DNA of 23,351 nucleotides, from assembly GCA_964618805.1 (NCBI GenBank), contig CAZUBM010000025.1:1-23351 (forward strand), in the 5' to 3' direction. Each line of letters opens with the position of its first letter. The first letter of the stretch is position 1. This document shows positions 17,841 to 23,351 of this stretch, in pieces. The DNA is from an uncultured Nitrososphaerota archaeon (GTDB lineage: Archaea; Korarchaeota; Korarchaeia; Korarchaeales; Korarchaeaceae). Below the pieces are notes generated by a model that was not told where the DNA came from, searched no databases, and worked only from the letters and a program-made list of their open reading frames with translations. The position numbers and the translations under genes were made by a program.

Positions 17841-18239
17841 TTAAGGTAAGTCTTCAACTATCTTAAGACATTCTGCAGGGCACCACTCAATGCAAGAACC
17901 ACAGAGCACACATTTTATTGCAACCTTCTTTGTTGGATGTATTTTTATCCCGCCGTAGGGACAAGCTTTTACACATTCACTACATCCCACGCAATTTATC
18001 TCGTTTGCCATAATGATACCCCTAGAATCTCGATAAATCGCTCCTGTCGAACAAGCTTCAATACATGGCGCATTTTGACAGTTTTTACATACTAAAAGTT
18101 GATCTAAATGACCACGGCTTACCACTTTTATCCTAGCTCTATTAAGATCTAGAACCCTATCAAAAGTAAATGAGCAAACAAGTTCGCATAACTTGCATCC
18201 AGAGCATTCGAGTGGATTTGCATAAATATGTCTGGGCAA
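17841..18239 (-). CDS. 4x[4Fe-4S] dicluster protein, short form without C-terminal helix
   Basis: CSGCKLCELVC, CKNCQNAPCIEAC, CVGCSECVKAC, CVLCGSCIEWC. TTG start after GAGGTG. Confidence 0.92.
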   Translation of the reverse strand: MPRHIYANPLECSGCKLCELVCSFTFDRVLDLNRARIKVVSRGHLDQLLVCKNCQNAPCIEACSTGAIYRDSRGIIMANEINCVGCSECVKACPYGGIKIHPTKKVAIKCVLCGSCIEWCPAECLKIVEDLP

Positions 18240-18409
18240 TCTAGCACCTCACTAAATTGTTAATCATATGCGTGTTTGGAAAGGATCTATCCACTTTCTG
18301 GGTTATCTTATCTAGGGACATATGATGTCAGATTTTGAGATTAATATTTGCTAATGTCTCATTGGAGTATGCTTGAATGAAATTGGTTTTTCGCTGGGTT
18401 TAATCTTAG

Positions 18410-18536
18410 TGGGAAGATCAGCTCAATCAGGCTAGAGATATTCTTTAAGGACCTCTTCTTCATTATGTTGAAGATAGTAACGCAAACGTACTCTGTGGGT
18501 TTGTCTATGCAGTACTTGACGCACCCTGGAACTCAT
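18410..18536 (-). pseudogene. Internally deleted relic of a 4Fe-4S gene paralogous to 68-571
   Basis: ATG AGT TCC AGG GTG (MSSRV) is joined out of frame to PGCVKYCIDKPTEYVCVTIFNIMKKRSLKNISSLIELIFP, compared with PECVKYCVEKAIEFVPVTVFNVIKKKRSLEKITRLIELVLP. Upstream DNA 18526-18585 aligns with 561-621. Confidence 0.8.
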
Positions 18537-18630
18537 GGACTTCACCGCAAACTAGGAGCTCATTTATTTAGGAAAAATTAATCTTTATGTGCCCCTGAAA
18601 CTTCCTAAGCTCCAGCTGCGGGTGCAAAGA

Positions 18631-18924
18631 TTGCCAAAAAAGTTCGAAGTACACCTTTTCGGCAGGGTTAGAGATGTGATCAAAGCTAAGAAGCTGAAGC
18701 TCGAAGTTGAGGTTGAGGTCGAAACCCTTGAGCAGCTGCTGCACCACCTCTGGAAGTTACTTCCCAAAGATGCTAGATCCATTCTATTCGATGAAGAAGG
18801 AGATTTGAAACCTTTTTTCTTGGTTATAGTCGATGATAGAGAGGTAAGGCTTCCAAGAGACCTTAAGCTCGAGCTTAAAGATGGGGCATCGGTTAAGATC
18901 CTTCCTCCCATAGGAGCAGGGTGA
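18631..18924 (+). CDS. MoaD/ThiS (ubiquitin-like) protein ending in GAG rather than GG
   Basis: MPKKFEVHLFGRVRD...TLEQLLHHL...FLVIVDDREV...LKDGASVKILPPIGAG. Start TTG 18631 chosen from the GGGTG RBS. Confidence 0.85.
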   Translation: MPKKFEVHLFGRVRDVIKAKKLKLEVEVEVETLEQLLHHLWKLLPKDARSILFDEEGDLKPFFLVIVDDREVRLPRDLKLELKDGASVKILPPIGAG

Positions 18925-20192
18925 AGAGGTTGAGGAGAACTGACATCCTAGTTATTGGAGGGGGAACTGCAGGGATCTCTGCTGCAATTGCTGCTAAGAC
19001 AACCGACCCAAAAAAGGAAGTGACGTTAGTTGGAGAGGAACCTTTTCCCTATAGGAGGCCCTCCATATTCTCTTTAATAGAAGGGGAATCTTTGGAGGAT
19101 TTGGCCATCTTCGGACCTAATTGCTTAGCGGAATACGGCATAAAATCTCTCTTCGGAGCTAAAATAAAGGCTCTTGACCTTGAAGATCGATTAGCGAGAT
19201 TTGAAGATGGTAAGAAGATATCCTTCGAAAAAGCTGTGATAGCTACAGGAGGAGAGCCCTTCGTTCCCCCGGTGGAGGGCTCAAGCATGAATGGCGTTTT
19301 CTCCCTTAGGAGCTACTCTGACGCCTTAAGAATAAGGAAGATGGCGCATGCTGGGGCTAGGTGCTTCATAGTCGGGGCTGGCCTGATAGGGGTTAAGCTC
19401 GCCTCCATTCTCCATAAGAGAGGGGTGAAGGTCACTCTCGTTGAGCTGAAAAAGGTTCTTTGGACACTTTTAGAGGAGCCGTTGTCGGAGTTTGTAAGAG
19501 ATCTGCTCATTTCCAACGGGATTTCGGTTGTTGAAGGGCAAGGAATCGAATCGATAATGGGCCAAGAGCATGTAAGCTCGGTTAAATTGAGTGGTAAGAG
19601 GTATAATGCTGATTTCGTGGTTTTCGTCACCGGAGTTAGGCCAAGGGTTGAAGTTATAGCTGATCAACTGAAATTTGGCGTGAGAGGGGCCATAGAAACC
19701 GATCAGATGATGAGAACATCCGTAGAAGGCGTTTATGCGTGCGGTGACTGCTCCGAAACCATAGATCTAATTTCAGGGATGAAAACATACAGACCAATAG
19801 GAAGCATAGCCTATCGGGCTGGAATTATTGCTGGAGGGAACTTAGGAGGTGAGGAAAGGTCATACGGTGGATTCCTCAGGTTGCAGGGGGATGAGTTCTT
19901 GGGAACCTCTGTAACATCGGTCGGCTTGACAGGAGCGGAAGCTAGAGCTTTAGGAATTAGCTTCAAGGTGTTACCCCTGAAACAAGCTCAAAGCTTGAAG
20001 ATTGGCATATGTTCTGGCCTCTTTGAGCCAGATGCTAAGTTCCTAGGGATATTGGATGGCAAGGAAAGGCTGATTGGATTTCAAGCGGTTGGCCACAAGC
20101 TCTCAAGAAAGGCAATTCATTCGATCTCTTCCCTAATATCATCTAAATCTAAATTGGAAGAGTTAAGATCTATAGGATTAGAACCCACTTAG
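18921..20192 (+). CDS. FAD-dependent NAD(P)H oxidoreductase (AorC/rubredoxin-reductase-like), paralog of 6149-7414
   Basis: GGGTAG, ATGG, GAGLIG, VYACGDCS. Long near-identical peptide stretches with the first copy (GAGLIGVKLASILHK, KTYRPIGSIAY). Confidence 0.93.
   Translation: MKRLRRTDILVIGGGTAGISAAIAAKTTDPKKEVTLVGEEPFPYRRPSIFSLIEGESLEDLAIFGPNCLAEYGIKSLFGAKIKALDLEDRLARFEDGKKISFEKAVIATGGEPFVPPVEGSSMNGVFSLRSYSDALRIRKMAHAGARCFIVGAGLIGVKLASILHKRGVKVTLVELKKVLWTLLEEPLSEFVRDLLISNGISVVEGQGIESIMGQEHVSSVKLSGKRYNADFVVFVTGVRPRVEVIADQLKFGVRGAIETDQMMRTSVEGVYACGDCSETIDLISGMKTYRPIGSIAYRAGIIAGGNLGGEERSYGGFLRLQGDEFLGTSVTSVGLTGAEARALGISFKVLPLKQAQSLKIGICSGLFEPDAKFLGILDGKERLIGFQAVGHKLSRKAIHSISSLISSKSKLEELRSIGLEPT
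20148..20192 (+). repeat. Direct repeat copy 1 (3' end of the FAD oxidoreductase gene)
   Basis: 37/45 identical to 21506-21550 by manual alignment. Confidence 0.75.
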
Positions 20193-20303
20193 ACCCTATC
20201 AAAATAGTTCTTTCTCAAAGCTTTGTTTAACTCAGAATCTTAGTGATTACTGACAAAAATGGAGGATCCTCAGGAAGTTCTTCTATGCTTCTCTTAGGTA
20301 ATA

Positions 20304-20332
20304 CTTATTATAAGATTTTTTCTTATAATAAG
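20304..20332. promoter_or_regulatory. Perfect 12-bp inverted repeat (operator-like) overlapping the TATA region of the HEPN-MNT operon
   Basis: CTTATTATAAGA-TTTTT-TCTTATAATAAG, ending 5 nt before ATG 20338. Confidence 0.7.
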
Positions 20333-20337
20333 ATATA

Positions 20338-20706
20338 ATGGGGGATGTGGGACATCATGCAAGGTTAGCTAAAGAAAAAAGAGCTGCAGCCTTGGACGAG
20401 TATCAAAAAGGAAGATACACTGTGGTTGGTGATTTGGTCCTAAAAGCAGTAGAACAAGCGATTGAAGCAGCTGCTTCAAAAGAAGGTATGCACTTTCACT
20501 TAAATCCGAGGACAGCACATGCTAGAAGGACAACTTGGACAAAGGAGAGATTCCCGAACATTGCTGCAGATCTAGATGTGGTCTGGGGAGCCTACGGAGA
20601 TCTTGGATATGACGGATTGAATGGAAAGAGAGCTAGAGAAGCAATTGAGGCCATGGAGAGGATAATAAATGAAATCGAAAGAAAAACTGGAATCAGACTT
20701 AAGTAG
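20338..20706 (+). CDS. HEPN-domain protein (putative toxin/partner of the MNT)
   Basis: 122 aa, helical, with A..EY.KGRY....LVLKAVEQAIEA and a PRTAH loop. Overlaps the downstream MNT gene. Confidence 0.72.
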   Translation: MGDVGHHARLAKEKRAAALDEYQKGRYTVVGDLVLKAVEQAIEAAASKEGMHFHLNPRTAHARRTTWTKERFPNIAADLDVVWGAYGDLGYDGLNGKRAREAIEAMERIINEIERKTGIRLK

Positions 20707-21253
20707 GATAGTAAACGCCATAATAGGCGTAGAAGGAGTCATAGCTGTGATTCTCTTTGGAAGCAGGGCAAAGGGAACCTACGACGAGTACTCAGACTAC
20801 GACCTTCTCGTTGTTTTCGAGGACGACGAGCTTATGTGGAGGAACCGTAGGAAGCTCTACGAAAACGTTGGGAAGCTGGGCCTTTTTACCCAAGTTCTTG
20901 CAAGGAGCATGAGAGAGCTGAGAGAGAGCACAGATCCAACCTTTTTGCGCAGCATATTCGAGCAAGGGATAACCCTTTACATGAGATACCCTTTGAAGGC
21001 CCCAGCATTCCTTCAAGAACTCAGACCAATGGCCATAGTGAGATACAACCTCAAGAGCTTAAATCAGAAGGAAAAGATGAGGGTGATTTATCGCCTGTAC
21101 GGGAAAGGAAGATTAAAGGGAGTCGTTCAAAGGAATGGTGGTAGAAGGCTTGGAGATGGATGTTTTTTGATCCCTGAAGAAGGTCTAGAAGAGGTCTTAG
21201 ATCTTTTAAAGCATTATAGCATTGAATTTGAGGTAATGAGAGTGTACGCTTAG
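20669..21253 (+). CDS. Minimal nucleotidyltransferase (MNT, Pol-beta superfamily) with extra C-terminal domain
   Basis: ILFGSRAKGTYDEYSDYDLLVV is the GSx10DxD motif. About 85 aa extend beyond the normal MNT end (IFEQGITLY). Confidence 0.88.
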   Translation: MKSKEKLESDLSRIVNAIIGVEGVIAVILFGSRAKGTYDEYSDYDLLVVFEDDELMWRNRRKLYENVGKLGLFTQVLARSMRELRESTDPTFLRSIFEQGITLYMRYPLKAPAFLQELRPMAIVRYNLKSLNQKEKMRVIYRLYGKGRLKGVVQRNGGRRLGDGCFLIPEEGLEEVLDLLKHYSIEFEVMRVYA

Positions 21254-21505
21254 GGGCCACACCTTACTCAGGGTCAAGGAGGTAGAACACGATGGAGGTT
21301 AGCCTTTAACTTTGCTATTGCTAATCTCCTTCTCCATTAAAACGACAAATCCACGAGGCCTCTCTATCCTATTAACTATCCCATATCCAAGTTTCTTGGA
21401 CTCATCGCAACAATGAGTGAAGCAACTGTCAAATCTGATGGAAAAGAGATAATCAAAAGCGGTTTCATAGTAACTCGAAGCTAAAAATCACTTCTAGAGC
21501 AATAC

Positions 21506-21550
21506 TCTAAATTAGAAGAGTTAAGATCTCTGGAATTGGAGCCTGCTTAG
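21506..21550 (+). repeat. Direct repeat copy 2 (orphan 3' end of an FAD oxidoreductase gene)
   Basis: Translates SKLEELRSLELEPA*, compared with SKLEELRSIGLEPT* at 20148-20192. Confidence 0.75.
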
Positions 21551-21633
21551 GATCCATTCAGACCATACCTTGATCCCCTGTCAGCGGCGATATCAGTTCA
21601 TCCAACTCTTGCCAGAAACAGTCCATCAATTTG

Positions 21634-22128
21634 CTAAATCTCGGGAGGAGTGCTCCTAACAAACCTGACAGATATCTTCACAATCACGTTTGGAGAGTTT
21701 GCCTTTATCTCCCAATAATTCCAACTTCCAAAATGGACTGAGCTGTTATAAGTCAGGTTGTTTGTGTGATAAATCTCGGGTTCGAGACGTGGACCACGGG
21801 GGCTAATAAAGCTTCCATTCTCGAATATATACAAAAGCCCCCCGTGCCAGTCCCATTTTGCAAAACCAGGGCCAGAAGTCCAGTACGAAAAGATTATGAC
21901 CGTTGTATTGGGAGGAGCATCTATCTCTATGGATTCTTGATAAATCCCGACATCTTTGTAATGCTCTGGACTTCTTACGATGTATAGCCCGTGTTTTGGA
22001 TCATATTCGCCCTCGCTAAGCTTAAGGGTGTAAAAGATGGGAGTCATCTTCTCTAATCTTTTCATTTGAATATAGGGCCCAACAGTTAGCAAAAGACAAA
22101 TCAAAAATCCAACTAAAAATCTAAGCAT
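21634..22128 (-). CDS. Hypothetical membrane-anchored/secreted protein
   Basis: 164 aa, hydrophobic N-terminus (LRFLVGFLICLLLTVG), aromatic and beta-rich remainder, GAGGGA RBS upstream. Confidence 0.65.
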   Translation of the reverse strand: MLRFLVGFLICLLLTVGPYIQMKRLEKMTPIFYTLKLSEGEYDPKHGLYIVRSPEHYKDVGIYQESIEIDAPPNTTVIIFSYWTSGPGFAKWDWHGGLLYIFENGSFISPRGPRLEPEIYHTNNLTYNSSVHFGSWNYWEIKANSPNVIVKISVRFVRSTPPEI

Positions 22129-22376
22129 GTAATATCCCTCCCATCTTTAGATTTATGAGGAGGGAATATTATGAAATTCGATTTAAAAGACAAATTATAT
22201 CATCTATTATAAATTACGGGAAGAAGTCATATATATTATCTCCAAATGGCTTGATTTAGCTCATCGGCTAAGACGAAGCCCGCTTGGAGTCAGGGTTCAC
22301 CAAAAAAGCAGGCGATAACTTTCAACATTTGATGTTCAGTCATTCTCAAGGAGAGAATGAGCCTTAAGACCCTATC

Positions 22377-22421
22377 TGCAGTACAGATAGGGATAAATAT
22401 GTATTACAAAATCATATTACA
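22377..22421. promoter_or_regulatory. Putative vapBC autoregulatory operator
   Basis: Palindrome TGTATTACA at 22400-22408 with related copies TGCAGTACA (22377) and CATATTACA (22413) around an AT-rich TATA-like element. Confidence 0.45.
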
Positions 22422-22432
22422 AGGTGCTTCAG

Positions 22433-22663
22433 TTGAGTGTTACAATATCTATTCGTGTTCCCAAAGAGCTAAAGAAGAAGATGGATGAACTTCGCAGTAC
22501 CATAAACTGGAGTGAGGAGATCAGGAGATATCTTGAGAGAAGGATAAAGGAGTATGAGCAGCTTAAGGCTATAGAGGAACTCGAGAAAATCGTAGAAAGC
22601 CTTCCATCCTGTCCGAGGGGAACAGCAGCTAAGTATGTGAGGGATGATCGTGATAGTCGTTGA
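22433..22663 (+). CDS. vapB: VapB-type antitoxin (ribbon-helix-helix N-terminus)
   Basis: SVTISIRVPKELKKKMDEL...INWSEEIRRYLE and C-terminal VRDDRDSR. TTG start after AAGGTG. Overlaps the PIN gene. Confidence 0.88.
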   Translation: MSVTISIRVPKELKKKMDELRSTINWSEEIRRYLERRIKEYEQLKAIEELEKIVESLPSCPRGTAAKYVRDDRDSR

Positions 22664-23063
22664 CGCCTCTTCCCTGACAAAGTACATCCTTCATGAGGAT
22701 AACTGGAGGGAAGTTGGCCGCTTCATCAGAGAGAGAAAGCCTCTGTACTCCATAGATCATTTGATTAAGGAGGTAGGGAACGCCCTTTGGAAGCACTGTA
22801 GTCTGCAGAAGATCATAGATCCAGAGAGCGTTCTAAAGCTATATGACGGACTTAATACGCTGCTCAGGGCAGAAATCATAATCATGGAGCCAGAAAGCGA
22901 TTATCTGGGCGAAGCACTGAGACTGGCATTAAAGCACAGAATTTCCTTGTATGACTCGCTGTATTTGGCTCAAGCTATGAGGTATGGAGAGATGCTTACA
23001 AGCGATGAAAAACAGGCTGATATCGCAGAAAAGCTAGGCATAAAAGTCCACCTAATCGTTTAG
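22644..23063 (+). CDS. vapC: VapC PIN-domain toxin
   Basis: IVVDASSL, KEVGNALWK, SLYDSLYLAQA and LTSDEKQ supply the four acidic PIN residues. Confidence 0.93.
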   Translation: MIVIVVDASSLTKYILHEDNWREVGRFIRERKPLYSIDHLIKEVGNALWKHCSLQKIIDPESVLKLYDGLNTLLRAEIIIMEPESDYLGEALRLALKHRISLYDSLYLAQAMRYGEMLTSDEKQADIAEKLGIKVHLIV

Positions 23064-23147
23064 CGCTAACAGGGAAAAGGTGAAAAAGGGGATTAAATCC
23101 TTCTTTAAAACGAAGATAATTGGAGCCATCCTATCTCATTCATTTTC

Positions 23148-23351
23148 TCAGGCTTCTGGCTTAAACCCTGCTTCTATGAAATAGACATAGGTACCAGCAT
23201 CGGGCCACACGTTCGCAATGATGTAGATCCCATCCTTGCACCTCAAAGGATGTCCAAAGGCACTAAGCCACTAGCCTCCCAAGCTGGTGTACCATCCCTC
23301 TCAATTCTCTCTCTGGACAGTCCCAACCTTCCATCATTCATATCTATGGCA
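23148..23351 (-). other. Possible 3' end of a frameshifted hypothetical gene entering from the right edge
   Basis: Two adjacent open frames (AIDMNDGRLGLSRERIERDGTPAWEA and WLSAFGHPLRCKDGIYIIANVWPDAGTYVYFIEAGFKPEA*), followed by T-rich minus-strand sequence near 23075-23090. No family recognised. Confidence 0.3.

Noticed and set aside
21296-21480. Minus-strand frame ending KLGYGIVNRIERPRGFVVLMEKEI, faintly like a GNAT C-terminus
   Set aside because: No clear start and the similarity is too weak to support without a search.
1-23351. CRISPR array, tRNA/rRNA or IS element
   Set aside because: No regularly spaced repeats, cloverleaf-like sequence, transposase ORF or terminal inverted repeats seen. 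The Cas2-like domain has no cas neighbours.

Overview
Archaeal-looking window (GGTGA/GGAGGTG ribosome-binding sites, TATA-like boxes, frequent TTG/GTG starts; the gene content is suggestive of Bathyarchaeia or a related anaerobic Thermoproteota lineage, which is an inference). About 20 kb hold two paralogous, rearranged copies of a tungsten-oxidoreductase/nucleoside-uptake locus. The right copy (7.5-20.2 kb) is intact: TudS-like (DUF523) desulfidase, adenine deaminase, AOR-family oxidoreductase, three 4x[4Fe-4S] proteins, a complete BMP-family nucleoside ABC transporter, a MoaD/ThiS-like protein without the terminal GG, and an FAD/NAD(P)H oxidoreductase. The left copy (1-7.4 kb) has a second AOR (cut by the window edge), two 4x[4Fe-4S] proteins, an ABC operon with two frameshifts and no binding protein, a DUF5678-like pseudogene, an integrase relic, and a second MoaD-like/FAD-oxidoreductase pair. 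The right end has a HEPN plus nucleotidyltransferase module (MNT with a Cas2/VapD-like C-terminal extension) bracketed by a duplicated gene 3' end, a hypothetical exported protein and a VapBC pair. The best candidate for an undescribed system is a tungsten-dependent (thio)nucleobase uptake and oxidation pathway. No rRNA, tRNA or CRISPR array was seen. Family assignments come from motif recognition only; no searches were run.
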